Source: Amphiscolops sp. MND2022
Lineage: Eukaryota
Reading direction: 5' to 3'
Length of the DNA: 64,000 bases
Assembly: GCA_964187785.1 (NCBI GenBank)
Contig: OZ076413.1
Coordinates: forward strand, 50,594,001 to 50,658,000
The position numbers and the translations under genes are program-made. Of this stretch, positions 12,731-27,700 are shown piece after piece; within the stretch, counting starts at the first letter, position 1, and the number at the start of each line of letters is the position of its first letter. Under the pieces are notes generated by a model that saw nothing but the letters and a program-made list of their open reading frames with translations, was not told the DNA's origin and did not search any database.

Positions 12731-15700
12731 ATGTCTAGTGAGATGGCGTCATCCGGGAAGTCTGTTGGCGATAAGTACACGGAGGGTAGCCTTCAGGCAG
12801 AATGGAAGACCAAAGTGGCTAATCTCCGTGAGACGAATCGCGCACTGTATAACAAGAAACTCGATGAAATGAAGGTGATCTTTACTCTGTATCCTTTACA
12901 AAGCATACAACTTATGTTCGGTATACCGTTTTTAATTTTCCTGTGTAAGCTGAAGTGTTATAGAAGCCGTAAATGCGAATATTTTTCCAGACTTATATCG
13001 TCCCGCTTTATTCAACAATTCTGGTAGCAGTGAGGCAGCGCTTCTCCAATTCTTTAGCTAGTTTATTTAGTTCTCGTTATTTAATTGCGAGGCGTGTTTT
13101 TCGCAGTTCCGAATGCTCGAACTGCAAAACTTGTATGACAAAGGAATATTCCAATTTTTTTCAAGAATTCAGGCCAAACGATTTTTTTACTTTTTGATAA
13201 AGACTCAGTTGATTTGCAGTAACCTGTCAAAATATTGACGTTTGGTCAGCACTTAGCATGAGTGACAACCAAGAAAATGTCGAAATAAACAAAATGTGGA
13301 CAACATGTACTAACCAAATACTAGCATTTTCAATGTGCTGATAACATTACAGCCTCAATCCTCATTTTGAAGTGAAGTTCAATCAGTCAGCATAGTTTTT
13401 CCTTGGATAGAAAAGATTGTAAGCAGCTGCATTGGCTCCCGTATTGAAACATTTGTAGACACACGGATTTTAGCTTTTTTTCTCTGAAAAAATGCGTTTT
13501 TGAGCATTGTTAACCCGACAGTACACCGAGAAGTCAAAAAATTAACAAAATTTTTACAATTTTTTTTCAAGGCTTCATTTCTCCACGAATAATAGCCGCA
13601 GCTCAAATCGATTTTCTGTGCATGCGCCGGGCCTTTCAAATGTCGGATGAACTCATAACTGAAGCTTCATTGAAAAAACTACTATATGCGTTTTCGATGG
13701 TGGCCTACTCTTACTAGAATGGGACAGTAACTCAATAACAAACAGTTGGTCAGTTATTGAGGAAAAAGCTAATTTTCTGAAATATACTTTTTTGCAATTT
13801 TTCACTTTTTTCAGTTACTTTTTTGCCAGTGGCTCGGAAAAAAAACTATATTGACACAAATAACGATTCACCCGATATAGTCTAATAGATTGTCGATAAA
13901 GGCAATTTTTCGTTTTCCTCTGTGCTTCTTGCGTTTCGTAATTTATTGATTGCGAAAAAAAATCATTGTCCTCATTTGAGGACGAAATCACTGTCGAGGT
14001 TAAATGTATTTTCTGGGTGACTTAGCAAGACTGTTGAAAGTTTTTGCCAGAGTTAAAATGCTGCTATAATACCAGGGTTGTTCTGTTTTTTAACGCATGT
14101 TTTTTAACACCTGTTTTTAGTCGGCGCATTTTAGTAGAAAATGTGCCCGACTATTACAGTGGGTAGTTTTTTTTAGACACGTAAGGTCCACTTTTTTGTT
14201 CATTTGTTCAACAACCTCAAACCTCAACAACTTCAAACCTCAACAGCTCCAACCTCAGAAGCGCGTCCAAAGCGAAAAGAAAAAACAAAACAGACGTCCA
14301 CCTCGAAAACACACTAAAGATCCCACCTTAGCCCCACTTTTTTTCGGCACTATGCGACTTTTGAAGTTTTTTGGATTGCACCAGAGGGTCCCCCCTTCAT
14401 TTGTTTCGATATTTTGCAACACAATGGATGCCAAAAAATAGCAAAGGGTCCCCCCCCCCCCTTTACATTTTTCGGCACTGTGACACTGTTCAAAAATCTC
14501 ATTAAAATTTTTTTTGGGAAATTTTTTCATGTCTCCAAAGGGTCCCCCCTTCAATTTTTTAAAATTTTTTGCAACCAGCTGGAGTTTCACAAAGCCCGAA
14601 GGGTCCCCCTTTTAAATTTTGAGCCTTAGATATGGCGCCGACTTTGGCCGTTCTTGTTAACATGTTATTTAACGTTTTTTAACATTGAGTTTTCAACATA
14701 TTTTTAACAGAGAAGCTTTGCGAGACTTTTTTCAAACATTTTTAAGGTCCCCAAAGGGTCCTCCCTTCAATTTTTTGATATTTTGCACCAGAATGCTTAA
14801 AAAATCTCAAATGACGATGTAAGAAACAGATTTGGGCAAGAAAAAGATGCAAAATTGGCTTTTGTTCTTCACGCCTTGCGGGTTACATGACATTTCATCC
14901 TATGCAATTTCAACCTATGCACTTTCAACCGTTGACAATTTCAACCCATTGCATTTTCAACCTTCCGCAATTTCGACCTATACTAATTTTGGCTAATTAC
15001 TCCCAATTTGGTTAAGTTGTTATTTCAGTACAATAGTTAGTAATAAATCAAAAAGCTTTAATTATTGGTATTTATTCATGAAGAAGCCAAAATGTATCAA
15101 AAGTGGCGTAAAAATTAGCACATTTCAATTTGGAAATGTATGAAAATGAAAACTACCTAAAATGATCATATAACTAATTATGATCCATTAGCCAAAATTA
15201 GTTTAGGTCGAAATTGCGGAAGGTTGAAAATGCAACAGGTTGAAAATGTGAGCGGTTAAAATGGCAACGGTTGAAATTGCATAGGTTGAAATTGAATAGG
15301 GCGAAATGTCCTGACACCGCCTTGCGTAGTGATGTTTGATTTTATCAGCGTTGTTAACTATTTTAATTTTTAACTGTTTTTAAACGTTATTTAACGTTTT
15401 AAACACTTTTTAACGTCAAGAAAGTTTTTAACGTGTAAAAAACACAACCCTGTATAATACTTTTGTTGCGAGCTCTGCACTTTTTGAGCCTTACCAATGG
15501 CTCTCGAATCTTCCACGGGCTTTACTTTCCATTATACCCCATTTCAGTCGCTTCAGCTTATTCTCTCTGCATTGCGTTTTTTGAACTAATATCTTTCTTT
15601 TTCAGGAGAAATATGGATTGAAGTTTGATACCAGTTAGTGTTTTAAATGCCTCCTTTTCATCTGAAATTTAAATCGTCAATAGCAAATCAAAATGGTCGT

Positions 15701-18700
15701 TTAAAGATGACGACTCCAAAAATGACGCCCTACTTGCGACTGTGTGGAAAACAGACCCAACCTTCTTGTCGTTGGACCTCGGAGGTGGTGGAGCACAAGC
15801 TAGTGCGATTGGAGCAACTAAGTTGCCTGGTCCGAACACGGATAAGAAAACCCCCAAACACTTCCAGGGTCTACTCTCGCCCAAAGAGTTGAAGGATGCT
15901 TCGGCCCCCACCCTCGAAAAGCTCACAAGTGACCTGTCTATTGCGATCAAAAGCAATCCAATTCCGTTAGTGTGACATTTATGGTGTTCTGTATCTGTAT
16001 ATTCAAATGGCTAGGAAAACATGATCGCGGTTCTACTATCGGGCTGTGAACAAACTTTTAATTGGTTTGACAAAATATCTTTGGTGAATGATATAGGTTG
16101 AAATTCTAATTAAGATTAAATACGATATTTCTATTTACAACCAAGTAAAAGGTATATTCTTTCATTTTATATAACTGTTCTTTGTATATCGTTTCGTTTT
16201 ATATAACTTTTCTTTTTGGCGCACAATCGAGTTTTTCAAATAATGAAGATGTCTTACAGGCGAGTTAGCACTACAAAATTTTTTTGTTATAAGTTCATGT
16301 ACTCAACGAGGGGTTTTCTGGGCATAACTCTGGCCGGGCGAATATTGTTGCAAATGATCGCATATCTCAGATTAAAACATTCAGAACGGCCAAATTTTGA
16401 TGTTGAAGAAAAATGAAGTCCCACTATTTTGCCTATTTTGCCTATAATGAAGTCCCACGAAACGTTGACTTCGCTTGTCATGCTCATTGCCCAGTTCTGA
16501 AAACGGTCTTTCATCGCTTAAAGTTCAGGATAATGTCTGGTACGGCCGGTATCCGGCTTCAATCAGATCGGGCGGAAATTTTCCGGTGCACCTATATACT
16601 CTACCACCTGATCAATCTCCTCAATAACTTCTCAGACGCACCTGCCTTTTACTCCTTACATTGTACAAGTTACTTTTTTCGCCCATTTACATCCAATAAA
16701 TATTCCAGGTGGATAGCTGAGTTCGTGGAAAACGGAATGATTAGAGTCTTCGATGCCTTGCGGTTAGCTTTAAATGAGATTACCATGAAGTATTTATTTA
16801 TGACTAGTCTTTATTCATGAAACGTTATCTTTGGCTCACGATGTGAATAGTAGCCATTTTCAGCAAGTCTTTCCACCTGAGAGCGGAGAAGGCTTCCAAG
16901 AGCCACCATGGTGCCCCTGGGATTCACGAGCCAGGCGAGGGCAAGGACGGGAACGTGGACGTGAACTGGCTCATGGCAGTGCTGGGTTTCAGACACAACT
17001 GCATCAAGTGCATCAGAAACATGTGCCAGACTAAGGTGACATCAGAAAATTGAATTGTTCGAAGCATTAGTGATTGTAAATTAAAATGCAGTTTGTTCTC
17101 GCACGACACGAACAAATGAGGTTTTCAATTCATCATATTTTAGCTTCGATTTTTAACGACTTACTTTTACACTTACTATGGTTCTTTTGAAGTTCCTTCC
17201 TCCCCTAAATTTTGTTGAGAAACCCTAAATTACATTAAATTGTTAAATTACATAAAATCGTTAATGATACTGCTCTTTATCATATCACTCTTTATGATAA
17301 TCTCCTATGATGAACTTTTTTGTCGTAGTAATTTTTAGCCCAATATTTAAGAGTGGAGGGGGACTAATAAACGACCCTTACTTTGACTTGAAAAAGATTA
17401 AACTACAAATGATTGAGGTCTCGAAAAATCATTTCAAAAGATGGAAGAGCATTTGAACAATTCGCTCACGTTTCGCATGAATCAAGGCCACGTTTCGAGG
17501 TTTTGTTTAAGCTCGTTAGTAATTTTCATCTCCCTTAAGGACCACTGACAAACATTAGTATTGTTTTTTGCAGCCTGGACTAAAAAGATTTTACGAGTTG
17601 TTCGACACTGAGGTTGCCAAACGAAGAGACGGAGACCGTGTTTCTATCAATGCCTCCAACCTCGAATGTCTGGGCTACCTCATCAAGTGTCTAGAAGTGG
17701 ATGTTTACAAGAGCAACTCCTCTGCCTACAACAAAGCTCTTCTAGTGTGTCAAGACGTCCTGAGTTTTCTTAACCCCATGGCGAAGATTCACGATCCCAA
17801 GTTCCTCCTTAGAAATGGAAAATACGCTGAAATTGTTTAGTAAGTCCGTCTTCGTACCCTTTTCTGATCCCATTTATTGCCTGCATTGAAACCACTCATA
17901 ATTTTTACAGCGGGGTTTTCAACGGATCAATCCAAGTTTAGATAACATTTTGTCTTGTGGCAAAATTCGAAAGTTTCTTCATTGCAATAACGAGACGTCT
18001 CAAATCGGCGCTATACCTAAGGATCAAAAAGCGCAAAGTTTTCAAAATATGCTCATGACGCTTTTGCATGAAAAACTCACAGAAAGTTTCGAACCACCCA
18101 AAAGGTGCCTTTCGTACTCGGAAAACCCTTCAGAAGTTCGGATATAGCGTGCTGAGACAAATGCGAACGCTTTTTTCGATCATACGCCTCCTCCTCCTCC
18201 TCCTCCTCCTCCTCCTCCTCCTCCTCCTCCTCCTCAGTAAAACGCAATATAGTTCGGATAAAACGTCAAAAATTCGTATATAGCGCAATATTTTTAAACC
18301 TCCACCTCCTTTTTAATGAAAGGCAATTTATTTTGGATATCGGATATTACGTCAAAAATTCGGATAGTATTGAAAAAAATTGGTTTATATGTATTGAGAA
18401 AACCTAATATGACAAAAAATGGGAATTTTGAACAGTCTCAATGCCAAAAAAGTGGAAAGGGGGACCCTTCTGCTCTGGAATGGTTTTGTATTTCATGTTA
18501 GAGGCTTTGGATGCATTCAAAATCAAGTACTAAGTTCATATGGTAAAAGTGCACATGTAAAAAGTGGACCATTCAGAGTGAGGTTGACAAAAAAATCAGT
18601 AATTTTAATAGTCAGTCTTTTCCTTAATGGAAAAGAGCCGACTAAAAACAAGACGCCCGCTGAGCAGCGAGATATTTTCCGGCCCAAACTGTTCTACAAC

Positions 18701-21700
18701 TACATAAATTTGAGACCAATGCACTATAAAAACGCAAAGAAATTCGAAGAAAAGAAAGCTTTGATCCACTCTAGCCCATTTTAAAGGAAACCCCTAATTT
18801 ATCATTTCTGCAATAGCTGGCCACTTTCGTTTTTTCGGCACTATGCGATTTACCAAAAAAGAGAAGTTTTCAATAAAATTTTGAAAATAATTTTCGCAAA
18901 ACATTTTTCGCAATTTTTAGTTTTTGAGGTTTTCTGTAAAGGAAAGAAGTTTCCCGAGTCTTGAGGGTGACTTCTTTGTCACTTTTGATCGTATGGTTGA
19001 TCATTGTTGATTGTAGAAATTACCTCCTTTCAGTTTTTTCCACTCTGTGCGTCTTTCCGAAACTTTCACCTGGTCAAAGAGTACCCTTGCTTTCATAGCT
19101 GATTTCGGCTTGAGAACAGTAGTTTTGCGAGATGAAACTCGTTTCGCCATCATAGAATTTTACCGGAATAATCCAAAATTTGGAATTTTTGTGATTCCTG
19201 TTGGGCAAAAAGTGGTTTCCTAGTCTCATGCGTATTTCTTGAGGTAATTGTTAGCACTCAGAAAATGGTAGTGGCACTTCGATTACGGTCTAGTGAAAAT
19301 AAATGGGAAAAACTTCGGCAAGTGTAGGACCAATGTATAAAATGAAGCACCGAAAAGCAATAAAATCACAAAGGATTTGTGGTCAGGTTGAGCAGTAGGA
19401 TTTGTTTGTCTTTATCACGACTACCAGCCATGAGCGAAATCATTGTTTTGTTACCATTCGATTGTTTGTTACAGTTATCCGATAATCCTGGAAGCTTTCG
19501 CCTGCAATGCTGTAAATGGCTTCAAAATCTTATCGAGACACTACGAAGACAAACTCTATGGACTTAACACACAATGTGAACGGTTCTACCCTATTAGGAT
19601 ACTTTTCGACGACATCTTTCTGGATGCGAAACTTTACTTGAACAGTTTGTTGGCTACTCAACCTCCGCCGAGTTCCACAGTGCGCAGATCTCCCAGCATA
19701 CCTTCGAGTAGTACTGTCAATACTGATGACAATTCCACTGTCATTCCTGTGTCGTATAATACCGTCAACCCCAGAATGAAGGCGGGCGCCCATTTCCTGG
19801 CCACAGCTGGAGTAGGGGGTCTTGTTTCTGGAGGAGAGTTCAGCAAAGTTAAATACCAAATATTGGTAAGATTTTTGCCTACAGTGGCCGAGTCTATTAG
19901 CCATTACAAGAATTTAAAACAAAACAGCTGGAGTCAATAAATGAAACGTAAATGTCACCCCCTTTCCATATACAATCAAGTTTCTGCCTCTTCGAAAACG
20001 GAAGACTTTCATTTGTGGAAAAATTTCTGATATCTCCTATGTCTTTAGTTTGAAGAGCTTTCCTGCGCAGCACCGCTTAATTATATTGGTTTGGCGTTTA
20101 GCAAAAATAAAAGTGAATGTGGAAGCTCCGTCAGAAAGGAATCTTATTTTAATGTTTTAGAAAGTTCTAGTCAGTTGTCTTTGCACTCTGTTCGACGAGT
20201 TCTCCAAAGAGAAGAAATGGCTATACATGATGACCATCCGGGAAGAGTTGCGACAGATGAATGTTTTCAATAAAATTGAGGTTGGTTCCATGTTTCTCTG
20301 ACTAGCCTTTATCCTTCATGCATTGATCCCATTTTTGAATTATTCTGCCAACTTGGGCTGTCGTGTTCTGTCAAGGATTCAATTCCTATTGTTTGCTTTT
20401 CGAATAAGAAACAAGTTTATTGGTATATAGAAGAAACCGACCCGAAAGACTATTCACATTGTCCAAGGTATTATAAACTATCTCTTCTTCAAAGGAAATC
20501 CGTGATATGTTGGAGCCCTTCTATCCAGATGATCCTGGTGAAAAAGACGAATCAGGGTCTGGAATAGAAAGCACCATTTCTTCTCAATCATCGTCCCAAT
20601 CAAGACTGCCCTCTCCAAGTTCACCGGGGCTATCAGATGCCGAAGTGCAGCTGTATGCCGAGTGTGAGTTCCTCATTAATGACGTCACCGAGTCGATAGT
20701 CGGTCATATGACTCCCGAGAACCTAGTCACGACATTCGAGACTGTGCCGATGCTCGGGTCTTGTGCTGGCCTTGCTGAGTACCTGCAGTGCATCATCCAG
20801 GACACCACTGCAGAACCCTATATCATGCACATCATGCAGCTGTTGGTTATACTTAGTGTGGCCAAAGGCGATCTATACAGGTAAATGCAGATGAAACCAA
20901 ACATCATGGAAACCAAATGAAACCAAAAATTTATGAAGCGTTTGAGATTTAAGAAATTTGTAGAGGAATTATGAACAATAAATTGTCAGGGGATGCTCTA
21001 CTATATGAATGCTTTATGCTGAAAAAGTTTTTAAAATCTTTTCACACTGGTTAGTTTTGACAGATGTGCATAGGTTCAGTTAACATCCTTTTAAATGCCA
21101 GATGTTTATTCTTAATCATATAAACGACTCACCAATATCAAATGTTTGTAGTGACTCCAGGCTACAGCTTTCAGTTAGGTGTCAAACTTCTGAAGCATGG
21201 ATAAATTTGAACCAGGTGTTGATCTAAGTGTCACGAAGTGTGATCAATGTGGAATTAAATTAATCTTTCATTGTTTCAGAATGCGTCGACTTCGGTGGAT
21301 CACAGAAATCATATCGCAATATACTCTCAACTACGATGGTACTTCTTACTCAGATTTTAGTCACGGTTTCACCTTTAACTTCTCAGCTCCATCAGACGGC
21401 CCCTCTAGAAAATCAGCTGGTGGAACTCTCATGGGTGGTACTATGACCAATTTCACAGACATGATGGCCTACGAGGGGAGCGGAAGTTACGTTGATGAAA
21501 TGGAAGCTAGAATGTGGCAGAATATTGAGAACCGTATGGCCGTCATGGAACAGAATATAGGCGCTAAAGTTAGTTGTAAATGTAAAATGATACTTAGTGT
21601 AATAGACCATTTAGATAAATTTTGCATATTTGGCTGCTGGTTCGACTTGGTCCAGTAAACCTTATACTAGCAAAAAGCGTAAAAGTTGTCTGAGAATTTT

Positions 21701-24700
21701 ATAGTTGCTATAAAAATTGGTCTTTTCTGTAGCCGACTGCTGAATAATTCGAATGTAGTCATTGTCTGCAGCTTCCATTGTATGAGACACCCTAATTTTC
21801 TGACATGGCCTCACTGCAACATGGGCGTCCCATGCCGTTTCTGTTTCAACATGAACTGGCTTTCAGTACGCAGAATCCTTATTTTGGACCTTTTCTGTTT
21901 TCGCTGTTTTCTTTGGGACTCAAAACAGGAAGCTGTTAACTTTATAATCAAAAATGATGAGGAAAAATGGTGTAAACAAATTTTATATCTCAATTCCAAA
22001 TCGTCAGACTGGAAATTAATTAAAATTGAAGGTTTCTGGTTTGTATTCAAGTCTTTTTCATAAGACTTTCACTAATTTTCCAAACAAAATTGGTATGGGG
22101 GCAGAAAAGAGCCCTTATTTTACATTCAGTTAATTAAGCAAATGAGAAAAGGTGAAATGAAGAAAAAATGCAGTCACTGAAAATGAGAAATAACGTTTCG
22201 TATGATTTTTTGCTCGATTTCTTTGACAGTTTTTTTGGTTGATAGTTTCAGTTCTGTCATGGCTATCCAAGAAATTTTCTCTTTCACGCATTCATTATTC
22301 ACTCAAACCTGAAACATCCAGAGACTTCTTGAATTTGGTTCAGTAAATTTACATATACTAAATTCCTCTTGTAAAGTGAAATCGTATGCCCGAAGATTTC
22401 TCATTTAAATATTCAATTTCCATGAGTCCTGTTCGACCAAAACGACGTGAAAATGCCCGAGAGACAATTTTTGGCATAACTCGCATTATAGCATGTTCGT
22501 ATAATATCTAATTCGTATAGCGACATTGCTGCACTGATTTGATGTATTTTTATCGACTTCTGTAGTAAAGTTGGAATATTATTTGCATAACAATTTCATT
22601 CATATCCTCGACAGTACACCGAGAAGTCGAAAAATTGACGAAATTTTGGCAAAGTTTTTTCAAAGCTTCATTTCTCCACAAATAATAGCCGCAGCTCCAA
22701 TCGGTTTTCTGTTCCTGAAAGCGCTTTACCTAAGCTTTCAAATGCACACTAGTTAGGTTGCGAGTTGGCGCCACTTTTGGGGTGAGAGCGCCACCCCGAC
22801 GGCGCGGGCCCGGCTCCGCCGGGCCTTTTAAATATCGGTTGAACTCATAACTGAAGCTTTATTGAAAAAAACTTCTATATGCGTTTTCAATAATGGCAAC
22901 CTGTGTTACTAGAGTGGGACAGTAACTTAGCAAACAGTTGCTCAGTTATTGAGAAAAAACGAATTTTCTGAAATGTACTTTTTTGCAATTTTTCACTTTT
23001 TTCAGTTAATTTTTTGCCAGTGGCTCGGAAAAAAATCTATATTGACACAAATAACAATTCACACCAGATAGTACAACAGATTGTCGATAAGAAAGACAAT
23101 TTTTCATTTTTCTCTATGATTTTTGCGTGTCGTAATTTATTATTGGTTGCGAAAAAAATCGCTGTCCTCATTTGATGACGAAATCACTGTCGAGGATATG
23201 CTTTTCGGAGAGTTTTCTATCCATGAATGGTGAGAACTTTTTCATTTTGAAAATCTTCCTTTGTATTTGTTGGTGGTCTGATTTCTGTAAAGATTCTCAA
23301 ACATTTCTGCTAGACCACCGTCTACTCAAATAAATTTCGGGTTTATATAGATAACTGATGATACTTTTAATCTTGATTGGCCAGTCTCAACTTTGATGTC
23401 CACGTGTTTCAGCGCCCAGCAAACACCCCTGGAGAAATTCTTCCAAGTAGGTGAATTTATTAATCCTTTTTTTCTAAAGGTTTAAATGTTCTTTATTTCT
23501 GCAGATTATTCACTTTGATGCGTATTAATTACCCTGCGCCAAAACCTATAAATAGAATCACTATACTTTCGGTTCAACTCTGTCGACCTACCATGTTTGG
23601 GGCTAATTACCCGATTTTGAATAAAATGACATCATCAATGGCTTGTCAAATGAATGTACATTGCAGGTGTTCCATCGAAACCAACCCCAGTGGCCCCTCC
23701 AGAAGCACCTCCCGTTGCAACCCCTTCCATTGATGTACCCGTAGCCCCACCAGTGGGAGCTCCACCGCCTCCAGGGCCCCCACCTCCACCTCCCCCAGGT
23801 GGTCCAGGGGCCCCACCGCCTCCTCCCCCACCCGGGGGACCTGCTGCCCCCAAGAAGCAGAGACACAAGTTCCTCCCCGAGAGAGCCGACTTCAAATCCA
23901 AATTACCTAATCAGACTATGAAGGTGTATTGGAAGAAGGTTGGTGTTTTGCTTTTTGAGTATTATTTCTTTGGTTATGCATTAAGAAAATGTGCCCAACT
24001 AGTCCGTTCTTTCGTTGGTTCCTCCAGACCATAGAGTTCGCACTGAATACTTTTAGAGACTTTACGCCTAAGATATAAAGCTTGCCCAAAGGTACACTGT
24101 TGGAGTGTTTCATGTTTTTACCGGATCCTCAAAACTACCGTTCTTCGATTTTTTAGTCGGCGCCTTTTCCCTTAAGGAAAAAAGACCGACTCTTACAGTG
24201 AGTAGTTTTTTAAATTTTTTTTTCAGTTGACAATCTCTCTCTGAGTGGTCCACTTTTTTACAATCTTTTGTTCCTTTGTTTTCTGAGAAGCTTAGTTTTT
24301 CACAACTAATTTTCTGAGAAGCAGGAGGTCGTGGGTTCGATTCTCGCACTAAACCACAAGTTTTTTATGCTTCCCAAAGTAGAGGCGAGACCAAAAGGTC
24401 CCCCCTTTGGGTTTTTTTTGGCACTATGCGACTTTTTTCGAAAATTATCGAATTCTATCAAAGGGTACCCCTTGCATTTTTTGAAGTTTTCGGTTTCTAA
24501 AAACGTTTCATGAGCCTAAATGGCCTATTTTCTAAGTTTTTCGGCATTGTGCGACTTTTTTAAAAAAAATACTTTTTTGAAAAAATCCAAATCTTTCCGA
24601 TAGTTGTTCCTTGAATATTTTTGAGCCTTAGATATGGCGCCGACTTGGGACGTTCCCGTCTTGTTCACCCTTGTACTTCGCTTAAAGTTACCCTTCGTTT

Positions 24701-27700
24701 TTCTGTTAGGAACAGCTTGTCGAAAAAGGAATCCTGTGAATATTTTTCTGCACTGTGCGACTTTTCAAAATTTTGTTTTTCAACTCTCAGAGCATACTTA
24801 GGCAAAAGCTTGAACTTACTTTTTGAGCATTAAGCGGGTGTCGACTTGAAGCGTTACTGTTTATGCTACGAAACATGAAAATATCAAATATGAAATATAA
24901 CTTTTTGGTACGTGATCTGTATAACTAAGTTTGAGGATGGAAAAGTGCAGAAAAATATTACAGTCGATTCAAGGATTTCTTGAATTGAGATTATATCATC
25001 CTCGAGGACCTTCGAAAGTGGAAGAAACGTTGAAACTTGCTTCCGTTTCAGTTAGATGTGGAGAAGTTGAACGAGAAAAGTGTGTGGATCAAAATAACGG
25101 AAAGCGTGGACGACAAAACTATCAAAACTTTGGCTAAGACTTTCTCAAGCAGCTCGAAGCCAAGTTAGTATCTAACATCTGCAACTTCCATGCCTGATAG
25201 GTTCCAGTAGCTTTTTTCTTTGACCGTGAGGAAGTCACTTTGAAGCCACAGCTTCAAGCCGATCATTGCTTGACCACTTGCTGTAGATATGGTATCCAAA
25301 AGGGTGCCGACTTATTCAGCACCCGCGGAACTGGGGAAATAAAATTTCTTCTTTGTTGGATGGTAAAAGGTTGGTTATTATAAAATCATTTCCACTTGTT
25401 CTTTAGGTAAATTTGATGAATCAGACGGTGGCAGTTCCAAGGGACCGAAGAAAGAAGTGACATTTTATCTGCTTGACTCTGAATCAAGCATGGCAATCGG
25501 TGAGTATATTTTCATTGTAATTTTTACATGGCTCCCCTTCATTACGTGGCTTGGATGAGTCTACTTTTGACTATTAATGAATTAATTCTGCACCTTTTTA
25601 ATTAAAAGTTCTATTTTTGTATGAGATCATGGTTGGTCGTACGTAATCCTCTTTCTAATCACCTTTTAGTCAGATCTTCCGACCAATTTCATTATCATTT
25701 TACCAATTCTGAGCATTTTGATTCCAGATATTTTCCTCAACAGCAGGAAGTTAACAACGGAAGACGTGAAAAGAGCTCTTTGGTCTCTGGATTCAGAAAT
25801 TCTTGGAGAATCAACGTTGAAAGAACTCAGGTCCAAGTTGATCAACAAAGAGGGAGAGAATTTATGCTTGAAAATGATTGACTTCAAAGATTTTGAATTG
25901 CAGCCTTCTGAGAAGTTTCTTTTGAACATGAGTGAAGTTAAAGATGTGGCAGTTCGCACCGAAAACATGCTGTTCACTATGCAGTTCGAGTCTGATGTTC
26001 AGCCTATTAAAGAAGTTCGTAGCTTTCTGAATTAGCATCTAACTGCTTGTTTTTGTCATTGAAAGCTAGCAAATATATTTTGTGTCGGAGTTTTTCTGTG
26101 TCGAAGCAACAAAACTGCAAATGTTTTGACGTTGTCTAGTGGGCGCATTATGAATTTTAAAGCAGTATAATTATAGTGGCGAAGGTTTTTTGGCATTGTG
26201 AGACTTCAGAGTTCACATAAAAATAGCATTTTTGAAAGATAGATTAAGGCTTTTCCAAGCCCGAAGATGTTCCCTTCTTGTTTTTTTCCACTCTGTGAAA
26301 TTGAGAATTATTCAAAAGAAGTTGTTTAACGTACTTTGCGCTTTTTGAGCCTCAAACAGGGCGTCTATTTATGCCGTTTTAGGTAATCTTGAATGTTTCA
26401 CGTTGATGGAAACAAGCATCTGTGAATAGCTTCGAATCAGAGATTTAACATTATTGCAGTTTTTAAACGAGGTATTATGTATTCAATGCTTTTCATCGGA
26501 ATTTTGATCAACTTTTGATGGTATTTCAGGATGCATCTATCATGTACAAGGCTTGTCGAGAACTGAACGAATCGCCTGCTTTCCTGCAGTTTTTGAAGAT
26601 GTCGCTGGCATTTGGCAATATCCTCAACACTGGACACAAACTATCAAGGGCATATGGCTACGATTTGCAGTACCTCAAAGAAGTAAGTGCCAGTACTTGT
26701 TTTACTTCCACTGCTGGTAAACTTCTGATGAGGTATATTGTTGTGGTCAAACCAAGCCGGCACTTTTGATTGGTTCAAAATGATGAAGCCCATTGGCGAA
26801 TCAGGGGCTGATTTTGACTCAGTTTAAGGCTCTAAAAACGAAAATCTTCCAAATATCCTCGCGGAAAATTATTGAGAAAACTTTTTATCAATCTCAGTGC
26901 CAAAAAATACCCCTAAGATATCCTCAAAAAATATTTTCCCCAATGGAAAACTCAAAAAAATCTTATTTTTTTGAAAGTGGCACTGTGGCGAAACAAACTT
27001 AGACCAGTCTAGCTTTGCGAACATAAACAAGCCGAGAACGGCCAAAGTCGGCGCTATATCTAAGGCTCAAAAAGTGCAAAATTTTCAAAATATGCTCATG
27101 ACGTTTTTTTATGAAAAACTCACAAAAAAAGTTTCACCCAAAGGAAGCCTTCCGTGCTTGGAAAACGCTTCAGAAGTTCGGATATAGCGGCTGGGACAAA
27201 TGCGAGCACTTGTTTTCGAACCTCCGCCTCCTCCTCAGTGAAACGGAATATACTTCGGAAATAACGTCAAAAATTCGGATATAGCGCTTTACTCCGGATA
27301 TTACGTTCAAATTTCGGATAGTATTGAAAAAAATGACAATTTTGAACAGTCTCATAGTGCCGAAAAATCTGAAAGGTGGACCCTTTGGGATTTTCAAACA
27401 TCTATTATGTTCCAAAATATCAAAAAAATTGAAGGGGGGCCTTTGGTACAATCAAAAAATTTTCGAAAAAAGTCTCATAGTGCCGAAAAAAATCCAAGTT
27501 AAAAACACCCAGATAGCCAAAGTGGGGACCCTTAGTTGTTTTCAAGGTTCTGGACGTCGGTTTTATAATTTTGGATGAGGTTCTAAGGTTTGCGGTATGT
27601 TTTGGTCAAACTGAACAAATGAACGAAAAAGTGGACCTTACGCGAGTAAAAAAACTATCCACTGTAAGAGTCAGGCACATTTTCTATTAAAATGCGCCGA

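Larger units (their letters stand above)
14073..15452. mobile_element. hAT-like MITE with 8-bp TSD, hosting two nested elements
   Basis: tataatac|cagggttg ... caaccctg|tataatac. Confidence 0.85.

Noticed and set aside
18068..18283. Poly-Leu ORF
   Set aside because: It is the translation of the (CCT)n microsatellite.
23603..23901. Gly/Trp-rich minus-strand ORFs
   Set aside because: They are antisense shadows of the formin FH1 polyproline exon.
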